Assembly: GCA_004764695.1 (NCBI GenBank)
Contig: SMSO01000032.1
Location: forward strand, 8,836,483 to 8,900,482
Length of the DNA stretch: 64,000 nucleotides
Reading direction: 5' to 3'
DNA from: Schizochytrium sp. TIO01
Lineage: Eukaryota; Protista; Bigyra: Labyrinthulomycetes
Of this stretch, positions 41,200 to 56,299 are shown piece by piece. A program made the position numbers and the translations under genes. Under the pieces are notes generated by a model that searched no databases, was not told the origin of the DNA, and saw nothing but the letters and a program-made list of their open reading frames with translations. Position 1 is the stretch's first letter, and each line of letters starts with the position of its first letter.

Positions 41200-44100
41200 A
41201 AGTTGCAATTGCAATTGCAGTTAGCGAGCTTTGCCGACGGCGAGATGCTCAGGTCATGGGCACGAGGCGGTGGCTTTTGCTTGTGATCATGGTACCCGTG
41301 CTTTGCTCGAAGTAATTAATTCCCTTGGTACTGTGGCTTTGGCGGAGGGGATTTTTATCCGCTCGCACATGCTAAAGAGGCATAGGACTCCTATAGGACT
41401 CGCTACCAGAAAGGCTCAAATACATCCACGAATCGGCAATTTGCACCTCTTGCGCTATTGGTGGTGGGCTTCGAGATGCTCTCAGCGACGGCAGCCCCCT
41501 CGGCCTTGAGCCTGCCTTGCTTGCTTGCATAGCAGGTAAGTGCATGTTATCCTGGGCGCCAGGCTCCTCGAGGAGGGCTGCCGATCGCCTTCGTATCCGA
41601 GGTTTGGGTTTCTTTTGGCTCCTCTTCTCACCTCCCCTATAATTATGTATACTATATCAACTTTGTCAACAGCTCAAGAAATGCGGAACTGACTTTGTTC
41701 AAGGCAGATCATAGGAATATAAATCATGATGATTCGTGATTCGTGATGATTCATGATTCGTAGCTCATGGTCAACGAGACAACATCTGAGTCAGCCAAGG
41801 GCTGTCTGTGGCCGGCATCTTTTCGGGGAAGGCATTTCGGATTGCTTTCTATGGGCAGACAAATCAATCCGCAACCTTGCAAAGATACCAAGGTGCTGGC
41901 CGCTGACTCTCGCCGTCACAGTGATAGGACTACCTGACGTCGAAACCTTCTGTCCCTCTCGATCGCCAAAGATCGTTCGTTACCCATGTTGAGGATGAAA
42001 TTAATTCACTGTCTTCGATCTGGAAAGCCAATGTAAGAACAGGTCGTGGAGGAAGAAGACGCCTCACTTTGTTAAAGGTTTCGCAATGAGGGAGGCGGTT
42101 GTGGGAAGTTCGACGCTTCAACACAGGCTTTTGCAAGGTCAGGACAGCTGTTTCTTCGTCTACGGGTAATTGGTGGCGGTAGAAGCGGCGCTGCTGTAGA
42201 CTTTTTATTTAATTGATGTATAAGAGGACAACGTTCTTTTTGTTTTTGCTATTTTGCTATTTTGCTATATTGTTATTATTATTTATTTATTTTCAGAGGT
42301 CGAGTTTACTTTATTTCATGAAAAGATGATAGATTGGTTTTTTTGCCTTTGCAGGGAATGTCTTTGCCATGGTCGACCCCGTTTATTGCGAAAAGGAGTG
42401 AACCAAAATGCGCCGCAAGTCGATTGGCTGCATGCAACCAACGCGCTTCTTCGCGCTGATATGCAGTTGCGACGCCAGGCGAGAACACGATTGGGTGTCT
42501 TATAGAAGACATTTTCCAGGGATCAATCCGTATCTTTGATTTGTTTAGTTTAGAGATAGGAAGAAACAAAAGAAGTAAAAACTATGACCTGTCCTGAGAA
42601 CACTAACTATTTCACAAAAAAAGGGCGCTTGGCATAAGCCAGTTTTTTATTTTGCTGAGAACAAGAATCGAATTAAAAGAAGTGTCGGTCGCGCTATTCT
42701 TTCATCTTCTTGACTTTCGGGAAGTAGGGATTTTCTGAGTAAATGATATCGCCATCATCGACAACAAACAGCACCTTTTAATCATACGCTGATGAGCTGG
42801 AAGCTGCAATATGCCTGAGCTTAATGCGCCAAGTTTCTGAAAACAGCGCCACGCTTCCGCGAGCGATGCCCTTTTTTGCATTTTCGGTGATTTAAAGTCG
42901 CTCAGCTCAGGTTCTCTCTAACCACCTGTCAAACTATTTCTAGTGAGGAAATATATGCTCAGCCAGTCAACACAAAGTCTACCCTGCTTTAGGAACGAAG
43001 GCAGAACGCTTGTTTCAAAACAGGTGCAACGGCAGGTTTCCTAGATTTCAGCTTTTGCGATTTTTGTCGCTTGACTTTGACTCGGGCATTCCTCGACTTA
43101 TACCTACGTCTTTTGTTCTCGCAGGTAATTTACAAGTCCAAAGGAGGTTGTGTTCTTGCACCCCTGATTTCTTGGTTTCGATGGATTTTTGCGAGTTCTA
43201 GAAAAGAGCAGGGCAACAGTTGTGTAAATTACTGGATAGTCCTTAAGTATGGTGCTATTGAGGTATTTGACGAACTAAGGAAAGTAATCGAATTAAGGGT
43301 AATGAAGTCGCACTTGATTTTCAATGTTGAAAGTCCAAGTTGTTGTGATACATAACGCATGAATTGTTTAGTCTTTAGCTATCTTTGTGGATTATCTGTC
43401 ACAATCTCAGTGATCACAATCCAAACTCGTCGAACCGCTAATTTCCAGAATGCGAGAGTGGCTTTCTAGGTGTTTCTCAGGTACGAAACTTGAGGATTTC
43501 GTGTTATTCCAACCCAACACCCGTTTTCCTTCTCAGGATATCCTACGAGAAAATACTTGCAATCAATCATTCAAGTAGCATTCGGATTTTTGACAACTAA
43601 ACATATCATTCGATTGGAGAAGAAATTACCGACGTCAAAAGGTGGAATGATGGCTGGAGAGATCACTCTTTGCAAGTGGTAAATATATTGGTAAACGACG
43701 AACTTATCTTTGCAAAATTCTTATATTACACTGATTTGACCAGACCTAGTCAGAAATCAGATCAGTTGAGTATTGCAGCTTGATTTCAATTTTGGTCTTG
43801 AAGTGAATTTCATTCATGTATCGCTCGATTATCTGGATCATGATGATAGAATGTTGAGCACACTATGAATGTTCTTCAAGATATTGCAATTCTCAAGTGA
43901 TTCGTCTTTGTGACAATCAAATCTAATTCAATGAATTTGACTTGGGTGGTTGCAAGCCATACGGATTTATGCAGATAAACCATAGATGAGGAACCGGGAT
44001 CAACACCCCAAACCAGCCATTGCAGCGTAATGTTCACACAACCTACAAAACACGCTTCACCGGCATTGGTCAAATTCAGCATACCTGCGTTCTTTTCTAT

Positions 44101-44758
44101 GATTCGCTCATTTGCAGTCTTGTGAGTCCTGCTGCATTGCGAAGTATATTATTCATTCCTGAATGACATGAGGTTCCTCCCCAGCTTATGTATCAGGAGT
44201 TGGAAATGATGATAATCTCTTGGCTCAAAACAAATTCTATGGGCGTGCATTTGAGGAGCAGCGTGGCAATGAAATATATGCTATAATCTACTCTGCAATA
44301 AGTTGTAATGTTCATCGGTTTGAGGGGGGGCATTAGTCATTCAACCATGGTTTGGCACTCCCACTTGTCGAATACGTTTTTCAAGTTTTTTTAATGAGCT
44401 AAAATCGAGAATGAACAACAATTTAGAATAAAAATACTAGGTACGCCTATCAGAATGGTTCTTACCTACTGATGATTGTCCTTTTGACCAGCAAGCAGCA
44501 GCCAAAACTGCTACGCTACAAGACAGCTTTGAAGCTTTGGAAATATCTACTCCTGTTTTACTAAAAACCTTGGCTTCTTACTGTGTTAGTAATTATGAGC
44601 TAAGTAGGCATAGAAACCAAACAACTCTTCAACTCATTCTACTTTGTTCTACCCTGTGTAGTACTTCTGACAAGATACCAACCACTCCGTATAACTCAAA
44701 CTAAGCTTAAAGTAGGTACGTAGGCATATCCTTAGCCTAAATTCTTGCTTTGCATGCG

Positions 44759-44830
44759 AGTAGTAGTAGTAGTAGTATCCTATTAGTAGTTGTAATAGTA
44801 ATAATACTACTACTACTACTACTAGTAGTA

Positions 44831-44893
<63 letters not shown>

Positions 44894-44900
44894 TTAATAC
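44759..44900. repeat. Compound (TAG)/(TAC)/(TAA)n microsatellite
   Basis: Short TAG and TAC runs followed by about 20 TAA units. Confidence 0.9.
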
Positions 44901-46551
44901 ACTACTTCTACAACTACTGCTACTAGTAGTGTACCTTCCTATCATCTAGATACGTCCTACCTACTACATACCTGGAGATAGGTTAGCTACCGCTCGTTTC
45001 GTTCCCTCTCTCGCTCTTTGGCCCTCACATTCTTTCCAGCACAATAATACAAGCGCTGTAAAGCACTGAAAATGATGTTTTTCTGGCCGTGTGCTCGGAA
45101 GCACAGCTGTGACTTTATTATTTTCGCAACGTAGGAAGTCCAGGGAACTTTACTGCAGCTCACTGGCGTCTTAGTCTTTCATTTATTTATTCGTTCATTG
45201 AACAAGAGCGTGAACCGCTGCTGCTTCTCTTTCCAATTCCTCGATTCCTCCAACTTGTATCTTGAAACCGTTTCGGGGCTTCGAAATCTGGAGCATTTAA
45301 GGACCCTTTCCTTCGAAGCGAAGGTATTCCATAGTGCTTGAAACTTCAAATGATGCCAGGACAGAGTCAAAAAGAAGATGCTCTTCAAACTGAGAGGAGT
45401 CAAACTTCAGCCTTCCATTTTCTTTCTTTCTTTCTTTCTTTCTTTCTTTCACTTTCGAAAGCTTTTATTTTAAAAACGTTTTCCTCCTTCTTGCAGGTGG
45501 GTACGCAGGTGCCAATGCATGTACGAAGCTAGCTAGCTAGGGTACCTACCCTCAGTTCCCAGATCTTACGGAGAGCTTCCAAGTAAGCGCTTACTGTAAT
45601 TAGCCTCCCAGAAGAGCGCCAAACTAAGGAAACAGCTTGAGAAATGAAAAGAAACTACCGTTTTTTCTTACTATCATTACATTATTTTAAAAACTTATAA
45701 TCAAATTAAAAAACAAAAAATTAAAAAAAGGGACAGTAAGAAAGTTGGGTTGTAAGGGAATAAACAGACAATAAACTAATAGTAAAACAGCTCCCCATCA
45801 TTCTACAAGGAGTACGTCGCAAAAAGAAAGTAGGCAGTAATACTACCTACTTACTACCTACAGCTCATACAACCCGCCTTTAAAAGCTTATTACAATACT
45901 ACTAAACCCTCTTCCAGTGGGGGCGCTCATCACTCCCTCCCTCCCTCCCTCCAAACGGAGGCAGAACGAGAAGAAGAAGCAAACCACACCAAAGCCGCTC
46001 CGACTCGAGTTAGTTTTCCAAAGAACCATCGATAGCCTGTCAAGAAACTATCTATCAAGCGCGCCTTCGAAGCTTCGCTCGGGCCAGGGGCGGCTCGAGC
46101 TGAGGCAGGGCAGGAGAGAGGTGGGAACCAACAAAACTATGGGCCGAAGAGGGGACTGAATGCAGAGGTCTCCTCACGTGCCTCTTTGTGCCCCTTCCAC
46201 TGCTCGGCCTTTCTGCTCTGACTGGCTGGCTACTAGGGTACTACAAGAGTGTAGTGGCGCCGGTAAAATTAGTGGGCGGTGGGTAGCTTGGAGAGCTAGG
46301 GATATCACTACAAAGGCAGAAAGAGAAGCGCCAATTCGAGCGGCAGTGGCGTTGTGTGTAAGAGCTACTTACTTACTTACTTACTCACTTACTTACTTAC
46401 TTACTTACTTACTTATAGTTTTTTCTTTTATTTACACGTACGTACCTCTGAGCTCCAAGTTTGAAGCGAGCTCGAGCTCAGCCGCAGAGCACGAAGCTCG
46501 TGACTTCAAGTTGGCCTGGCGGTTGGACCTTTGCGCGGTCGATCTGCTAAG

Positions 46552-46758
<207 letters not shown>

Positions 46759-47589
46759 GGTTTGGTTTTGCTTAGGTCTGGTCTCGTTTTGCAGCGGTTT
46801 GGACAGATGGACGCTTGGAAATCAATCCATCCATCCCTCCACTGGCGAAGCAGATGGATAAACAGGCTGCCTGCGATTCTAATCGCAAGAGCAGGAGGAT
46901 GAGCGATCGACCGGTGGAAGAAGCACTCGGCTCGAAGGGCTGTCTGTCTCCCTCAGCGGTGTGCTGATTCTACTCTTGTGCTTCCACGCTTCCATGAATC
47001 AAAGAATTTCGAACAAATGGATACTTTCGTTTCCACTCGAAAACTCCTGTAAACTTGGGGTCCAAGCTGTCCTTGAGTCGGATGGGTAGTCTTTTCGCTA
47101 GGTGGGCGGTACAGGGCAGGAAGGGGCAAAGGCAGAAGGTGGGGAATAAACAACTTCAATCGAGGCTCGACTCGGAGAAACAAAATAACCTCAAAGCGCC
47201 TCTGAAGAGCGAAGAAGCTCAAAAGGCGGAGGGAGGGAGGGAGGGAGAAGAAAGAGGAGAAGAATGGACGTCCATACGCGCGACACCGGTGGTTCTTACG
47301 AGTACAAAGTGAGACTTTCGAAACCTCGAAACTCTCTTCAAGGGCTCACAAAAGAAAGCATTCTTCTGCCTATCGGCGTTTTCTTTTCTTGGTTTCTTTA
47401 TAGGGAGGATATCATATCAATGAAACTCTCTTTACTTTACCTGCCCAGAGGAAGATGGTGGGAGAGGGCTGACGGTAAATTCAATTGTATTGAGTCTTTT
47501 GTTTTGTTTTGTTTTTTTATGATAAGTTGTAGAAAAAAGAAATCGATTGCGGGAAAAACTACTCAGGGAATGAATTGACCAACTTGAAA

Positions 47590-47637
47590 TTGTTGTTGTT
47601 GTTGTTGTTCTTGTTGTTGTTGTTGTTGTTGTTGTTG
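47590..47637. repeat. (TTG)n microsatellite
   Basis: About 15 units with one interruption. Confidence 0.9.
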
Positions 47638-50600
47638 AAGAATGGCTCTGGCGATAGATGAGCGAGTGAGGAAGCAACGAATCGATGGTCTGATTCCTGG
47701 TTAAGTGCCGCCTTCATGCACGCAAATCCAATGCTCGAACACCTGAATGGAATGGAGTGGAATGGAGTATGGAACGAATCTTCAAAGAACGCCCCAGCTG
47801 TAAACAAACAGAAGGAAGTGAAGGACAGAAGGAGTCGGTGCTTGCCAGTCTCTTAGGCGGTGACTGTGTGGAGGTAGAATTGAGGGTGTGTGGGGGACGG
47901 TCGGTGAGGGGAGTAGGCGGTTCTACCTGTTGCCGCCAGGCATGCCTGGCAGGTTGCTCTGTCTAAGCATATCAGCGGTAAATAGGTAGACGGACGTACC
48001 TCCATAACCATCTCCTCCTCAGGTCACTGTGGTAGAGGGAGTGGTGGCTGTGGGGCTAGCACTTTCCTGCCGGAGCTCCTCGAGTTTCGGAGGCGCCAGA
48101 TACACCGGTAAATGTGGCCACATTTAGATAAAAAGCCTCCGAGCTTCTGCTTACACAGACCAACACCTCATGCCAGGCCTCAGAACGAAGCAACTGCCCA
48201 ACCGACGCGGCTTGGATGCTGATACTTGGGCCTTGGCTGCCCACGGCCGAAGTTCTACAGAGCGCGTTGAATTTTTTGATTTTAATCACCTCTGACGAAG
48301 AAATGAAGCAAGAAAGAAAAAAACTCTTTCAAATAAATCCTTTGGTTGTAAAGGTGTTGCTTACTGACGGAAAAAAACAAAAGACGATGCATCGAGCGAA
48401 TCATCGTTGTGGAGGGAGTGTTGTCCTTCATTTCTCCGTGCTGGCAGAGGCAAATGGAGGCAAGCGGCGGTCCCGTTGCTTTTCGGCACGAGTGCTTCTA
48501 GTAGTATCAAGAGTCTGTTGTTCCAGGGCAGAAGTCAAATCGTGCTGTGCAAGCTCTCTATAGGTATTTTTACCGCGTTTATAGAAGTCTTTTTCTTTTT
48601 CTCTTTTCTTTCTTCTTCTTCTTGTTCTTCTTCTTTTCTGTTCTTCTCGAAGTTCAAAACTTCTTTCAAATACTTGACTCCAAAGTTCTATTAACTTATG
48701 CATTTATTATTTTATTTGATTAAAGTATTTACTTATTCATGCACCATCGGAAGGGTCGTTTTAACAAGAAGAGCGGAGACCTTTCCTCCATGCGCTCTCG
48801 TTGGCTTGCTTGCAGGTTTGCTTGCTGGCCGCTCGAAGGTCTCGACGTACGGTTTCAAGGCCCTCGCAGCCGAACGCCTGCGGCTGGTATAGACAGCGTG
48901 GCTGGCGTGGCCATTGCTCGTGGCATCGGGTCATCTTGCTAGCTGTGATCAACACAACAGGATGTCTTCGTCTCCCTTGGTTTCTTTCTCTTTATTCATC
49001 GTTTGAGGGCATTTCGATCGCGACATTTATATGCCTTTGTGGGAGCGGCAAGGCTCTCTGACACGGGCGGGAAAGCTTTGCGGTGCTGCGAAGAGAGCGC
49101 TCAGGAGACGAGGAGGAGGAGCTAGCTGGCTGTACATGGTGCGTGGCAGTGCTCCTGGGCTGGTTGGTGACCAGAATCTTGAAGAAATCTGCCCAACTTG
49201 CTTGCACCATCCATCATCAGCACTTGAAGCGTGTCCTCCACGAGAAAACTAGGTGCCTATGCACCACATACATTTCCTGCAAACCAAATGCAAACCAAAA
49301 TGCAAAAGCCACCTCAGACGCAGTCTTCCACTCCATCCATTGCTTAGACTTCAGAAAGTAAGTCAGCGGAGTTGCCGCTGCGAGATTTTGGCGCATGCCT
49401 CGAAGCACGGACTCGATGGTGATTGATTTGGGGAGGGATAGATAAGCATTGCCGTCATCGTCACCGTCGCCGTCGCACCGTCGCCTTGGAGTGGATTGGA
49501 TTGGAGTGGATTGGCCTTTCGTGTCCGTTCTTAGGTCCGTGTGTCCCAAGGGCGAAGACTAAGCTCCGTGTGCAAAAGCCTTTGCAGTGCAAGCAAGGAC
49601 TAACCTCTGCTGTACAAGCAGTAAGCTCATCTCCCGCCCTTATAGGCGTCGCTTCGAGGGTGGTCATCCGCCCTCTCCACAGTCAAGTTGTAAGCGCCGT
49701 GCAAAGCTTGCTTGCTTACTTACTTACGCACTTACTCGCTCACTTGCACTGGCTTGCGGTTTACAGGCCTGTTCGCATGCTTACATGCAATGTAATTGAC
49801 ACCCATCGGCATTTTCTTCTCTCGTTTACGCCCAAACTGTTGGGCAAAGGTGCTGTGCTGCAGGCACCAAGTGCAGATCTTCAACTCCGTTCGTGACACA
49901 AGCGGCACCCGCCTCAACTGCTGCGAGCAGGGCAATAGTATTGTTGTTGATCTGTCTGTATAACCTCCTCAGGCTGCAGAAATCGAAGGGGCAGGAGGCA
50001 TAAAGTAATTAATTAATTCTGTTGGTTGTAGTAGCTCGCTCGCAGTCAGTCAGTCAGTCCTCCGGCAATAAAGCTGCAGAAAGTTTGAGAAAGTCCACTT
50101 TCTCCTCGATTACGCTATGTTGGTTGATCTGCCGGTACTTTGTGTGATGCTGCCACGTTTTAGACTTTCTTTAAGTTTCTAAGACGCTCTATTTTCACTA
50201 CCATTTGTAAAATTAATTATTACTTTCATTTATTTATTTGTATCTAAAAGCTACTCCAGTAAAAGAAAGCTTCTTCTCTTTTTTTCTTTTTCTTTTTCTT
50301 TTTCTTTCTTTTTTTGGCTTTTTTAAATAAAAGAAAACACTTAAAAATATTTTCAAAAAATGCGGAAAACACAAAAAGACCAATAGTAATTTATGATACT
50401 AAACACGGTGGAAATCGGTGCGCATTACTACTTAGTTAGTGGGTCAAGCTGTCCAGCATGTCACAGAAAAGAACGCTACTACTACAGAGCACCGTGTATC
50501 AAATTAACCTGGCACCTGGCCGAGACCTCGAGGAGAGACGAGAGCTAACTCGTAGCTAGCTTTGCGCCAGCCACCGTCACCGACCGTGCTCAGGCAGCCT

Positions 50601-50688
50601 AGCTCAAGCTTATACGCGCCTTGAGTGAGTCCCACCAACAAATGATTGATTGAATGAATCAATCAATCAGCCTGAGCAGGAGATATTG

Positions 50689-50840
<152 letters not shown>

Positions 50841-53353
50841 TCCTGTTCTCCTCTTTGAAGTTAATGTTCCCAAGTGTAGGTAAGAATCCCACGCGCCAGA
50901 GATACCTCTCTCTGTATCTGCTCCTGATACGTTACTCCTGATAATAAGACCATTTTTGATGTAAACAATTAAGAAAAATCTGTTTTCGCGCGAGGAGTCG
51001 GCCAAATTTCTGCACCGCAAGACCCGCATGGGACCACACGAGAAGGCGCCTCGGAGTGCTACAGGATTTTAGCGCCGCGCCTATGTCGTGGAAGAGGGTT
51101 TCGCGCTCACCACCGCTCCGCGGCTGATACTGCTCCTTCACCAACGCGCGACTGTGCAGCCGCGAAGGGGCTTTTAGCTGAGGAGTTTCCCTCATCCTGC
51201 CTGTTCCCCCTTTCTTCCCAAGTTCTTTCTTTCTTTCTTTCTCTCTTTCTTTCATTGTTGGTAAATGATAAACCTGAACAAGTAGATAAATGAGGGAGCG
51301 AGTGAATAATTAACGAGTTCATGGAGGTTCTTGGAGCACGCTGACGGAAGTGAGTGGAGTCTTACCTGAAAGGGGAATGTATAGCTGAAGGTATAGTAGG
51401 CACTCTAGAGGTCTGATTTTATTTTGTGGAAGTGGTTACATGAGTCGAGTCGAGTTGAGCTGTAGTAGGTATAGCAGTTCTTAGTGCCGCGCTAAGCTCT
51501 CTGTAGGGAAAAGATCTCATAAAAATAAATGTTAGCGGTTGCAGCTAGCTATCCTGTTACCCGACTTCTACTGGTACGAGCTATTGGTCGCTACCGCTAA
51601 GGAACGAATTGGAGTTGCGGTGGTTACGCGTTCCCTTAGGACAGTGAGTTAGTTAAGGCGTCAGCCAGTTAATCTGAAACAGTCATTCATTCAGTCACTT
51701 CACTCAATAAGTTGAGCTCAGTTGGTTTTTTTAATTTATATTGGAAAAAACAACAACAAAAACTTGAGTTGAAAAGAGTTGAAATGAAGCATGCTACTAC
51801 TAGGTGTCTAGCTAGGCAGGAGCCTAGGCGCCTGGTACCTAAAAAGGGAGAACGAAGCGCTGGAAAGGAAACCAAAGATCAGCAGCATCGCGAAAAGAAG
51901 ACCTGCGGCGGACAGCGCATCTTAGGCTCGCCTTTGAGGCGTCAGTAAGGGCGAAGAAAGGCGCGCGAAGCTTGCGTCGAAGGGGGCTCAGCAAGAGCCC
52001 GGAACCGGCTGAGGCCCTCGCCAAGTCCACCGTGAGCGGTGGTGATCTTGTCTTTGAGAGATATTTTCCACGGAGGAACGCTTAGTGTTTCTGATAAGTG
52101 TTCCTAACAGTGCTTGAAAACCTACAATTGCCACAGTGGTGCCGCATTTTCTTCGAAGGTGCCGAAAGCTTAGGGAAAGCGAAGAACTTCTAGCGCCCAA
52201 CGCTAGCCAGATTTCTCCTCTGCCGCTGGAGGGGAATTCGGTGAGGGGAAAAACCGGCTTAAGTCCCACATCCCATGCCAAGTACGTGAAGTTTAGATGG
52301 CTGTGGGTACATGTGCAGGTAGATAGCTTGTAGGCGGCGCCAGCAGTGCGGCTGTCTGCAAGAAGAAAGAGCCGAGAGAAGTCGCATCACGGTTGTTTTC
52401 GCAGCTGCAAACGAAAGAGAGCGGAGCGCGCCTTCTCAACTCGTAGTAGGTTGGTTAGTCGGCGGCCATTGGATCGTTTCTACGCACCCTTTGCCTCGCT
52501 ACCTTTGGCTTGTAGCTTTGTTGGTTTTTTGTTTTGGTTTCTTTAATTCTTCGCATTGAGCGGGGCGAAGGGCCCTTTTCCAATGAAGAGTGCCTAGTGT
52601 CCAAAATTTGGAGGTAACTGCATAACTGCATATCTAACTAACTAACTATTTCTTTCTTTCTTTCCTTCTTTTTAACCTTTTAGATTTTGATTCAAAAACT
52701 ATCGATCTCCATGGAACTTCCTCCCTTTTACTTGATTGCGTGGATTTTTACTTGTTAACTTACTGATGAATTGGAGTACGTCTGTCTGTTTATTCGCAGA
52801 TGCTCTTGAAAAGCACATGTGCTGTCAAGCGCAGTATTCGAGCTAATGGAACTCCGGCCAGCACCTTCTTCATTTTTTATTTTTTTTTTTAAGTTTTTCA
52901 AAGCTCTCTTTGCCTCACATTCTTTCTTTTCTTTTCTCTTCATCCAACTTGAAAGATCAGTTTTCTTCCCTCTCTCTCTCTCTCTCTCTTTCTCGCATTG
53001 GTCGGAGCCTTTCTTCGCTCAGTTGTTTCTCCGAAGGCAGTAATGGAGAGATTGATGAACGAATGAACGAATATAACTGGATGGATGGGTGGATGGATGG
53101 TGGATAGATGGATGGATGGATGGAATAGACGGATGGACAGATAGCGCCGCATCGCATGAGCCGTTTCCTGCGCTCTGCTCTGCTTGACCGGGGCTGAGCG
53201 GGGCAGGGCCAACAATGGCCTCAGGGTCAGGTCTCGGGGCAGCAAATATCTTTGTTGGGCCGAAGACTTAGTGACAGAAGGCCTGCCCCGACAGCCTTCT
53301 CTGCGGGCTGGTAGCAGGTGCCTAGTAGCCACTATGGAAAACAACCAAAAGAG

Positions 53354-53504
<151 letters not shown>

Positions 53505-56299
53505 TCGCCGAGGCGCGTCTGATTCTTTTACTTTATATTTTATTTATAAATTGATGCACACAGAACAGAAGGTTTCCAAGTTGAAGTTGTTTTAGTTTAG
53601 TTTGAGTGCCTCAACTTGAATGAGACAAAAAACTTGGGGTACATCACATTACATTACATTACATTACATTACGTTTTCTTTCTTTCTTTCGTTTTGTTTC
53701 CAAACATCATTGCTAGCTCTAGAGGAGTACTTCGAAGCGTCTATTTTCGGTGTTTCGTCTGCTCACTAGGTGCTGGCCGCTCGCTTTCGAGGAAATAAAG
53801 CGCCGCCTCTGCCATAGCTCTCGAGCAATGAATGCAGTTGTCCCTGTTCCTGTTGCTGTTGCTGTTGCTGCGCTGCGCTGCGTTGCGTTGCGTTGCGTTG
53901 CGTTGCATTCTCTGGATAGCGAGCTTTGTTCCGTGCGTAGCAGACTATCCTTTTGTCTTTTCCCTTTTCCCTTCGAAAGCTCTCTGTTTCCTCCCTCTTT
54001 CTTCGTTTCCGCAAAGAAGCAGAAGAAGCAGAAGAAGCAGAAGAAGAAGAGACGAAAGCATCGAATACTTCGAAGACACCGCAATTCTGTTCTCGGCGAG
54101 CGACGAAAGGAATGGCGGCGCGTCGCAAACTGCCGCCAGGCCCTCCCTCGCGCTAGGCGAAGGCACCGTAGGGGCTCGCGGCCGCACCTCGGGTCTCAAA
54201 ATTGTTGGCGGAAGCTAGTAGCAAAAGACTGTTGCCGCCGCAAGACGCGCAGTAAATAATGTCTCGGCGAGAATCAAATATATATGCTAAGCCTGTTGTG
54301 CGTACTTCATCGATGTATCTATCTATGTATGTATATATGTGTATCAATCATGTTTTTCTTTTTTAATTTGTTTGTTTGTTTGTTTGTTTGTTTGATGTAT
54401 GTATGTATGTATATATGCACAGAGAGAGGGGTCCATAAAGGGAGGTGCGTTTATTGGCTCATGCAGAGCTAGCTCGGCAGACACGAAGCGGTTCTTTACG
54501 CAGAGAGTTGGTGCCCTCTGTCCCTCTTTGCAAGGTAGCAAACTCTGCGGAGGCGGCGAAAGCAGCGAAAGCAGCGAAGGAGAGCGCTGAGGGCGGCGAA
54601 AGGAGAGGCGAAAAGGAGGCGAAGCAGAGGCCGCCGGCGTATTTATTCGCTGGAGAGAGAGAGAGGAGGAGGGAAAGAGAGGGAAGCCCCACAGACAGAG
54701 AGAAAGAAAGCCCACAGCGATGAGAGGGAGGAGAGCAAAGTGCGCCTGAGGTTTAGGCAGGCAGGCTGGCGGTAGTTAGTACGTAGCGAGTGCTACAGTT
54801 TGCTGGCCGAGGCAGTGCCGAGGCAGAGGCGATCATAGTGAGCTAGCTGTATGGGAAGTTTTCTTCGTTTGTTTGCTTGTTTGTTTCTTGGGGGGTTAGG
54901 TGGTTTATTCATTGATTCACTCGTATAATCGTGTGTTTATACGAAGACTTTGGAGGGCACCTCAGGAGGAGGAGGCGCAAAGACGCCTCCGGCTTTTTCC
55001 GCTCTGACATCTCTGGGTGCGGTGGCTGTTTTGCTGTTTCGGAATGCATCACCTGGTTTGCCTCACCTCAAGATCATCTCAATAGATGTTTATTGGTAAA
55101 AGACAATTGGTGTTGATGATTTCCCTTTTATTAACTACTGCATTCCTTACGAGTTTTTTTTTTTTTAATAGAGAACCTTGCACTGTTCTGTTCTGAGAAG
55201 TAAAAATAAAAAATGTACCTATGGTTTATACTGCTAGAAGAGGACTCAGTCAAGTGGTTTACACTGTTGACGAAGGGTGGTCGATCATGGGAGAATGCAG
55301 TGCAGGCCTTTTCGCTGTTCGCTGCCAAGTTTGTAGCTTTAAGTTACACGCAGTTCGGGAAAAGAAGGACGAAGCTCCTATTTTTCCCACCTTCCCATCC
55401 TCGTGCTCTCTGCGACGCCGGTTTTTTGTTTGTTTGTTTTTTTTAATTGATTTTGTTTTTAATTGAATTAAAAGAAACTAAAAACTAAAAAGTAGCTAGG
55501 CGCGTGTAATTAATTGTATGGCTTCATTTGTTTCATCTCTAAACATGTCGTTTTTTCGAACTGGTTTTTTTCATCAAGATTGCAAATCGAAGGATTGCTT
55601 ACTCCATTTCTCGTGACCTCGTCAGATAGATAGATAGATAGACAGACTGACAGACTGAAAGACAGACAGACAGACAGACAAAGACATGCCCTGCCGGACC
55701 TGCCAGAGAAAGATTGCTCATGATCTGATCAATTTGGCCTCCTTCAGAATACACCACAGGATGCAGAAGCAGCTGACATGTCTGGTGGTGCCTGCCTTTT
55801 CGCCCTCCTTATTTTTTAAAATTTTGTTTTTGTTTTTTCAATCTATCATCTTAGGTAGTATCTTACTTGCATATGCGCGTTTATAGAGAACGTAGGATTC
55901 TCTTTCTCGAGCTGTATACCAACTAAGCTGATCGGAGGGAACGAAGTTGCCTGAAAGAAGCATCTCGCTCTTGCCTTTGCTTGGCTTTGCATGGCTGATC
56001 GACCTTTAGCGTACTCACTCCTGATGATCGCAAGCTCAGGAAAACTCAACAAATTCAATAATAAGCATCGAGAAACCAAGGTGTGTTTTATTATTACCTT
56101 TTCAATGTATAATTAGAAATAGATTTGCTTATCACAATATCAGGGTAAACAACTAATATTGATGCTAATATAAACATTCATGAATAAGCGCCTCTGCCTG
56201 TCTGTTCCTATGAAAACGTTCGAACTTATATTAAAACAACCTCCAAATGGCAGTGACTATTCCACATAAATGATAATATTCTAATTTTTCAGATCTTCG

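Noticed and set aside
43876-44082. VWGVDPG as the RuvC-I motif of a second (Fanzor1-type) nuclease
   Set aside because: I recognised no RuvC-II, zinc-finger or RuvC-III motifs in the downstream sequence I translated. A single short motif can arise by chance.
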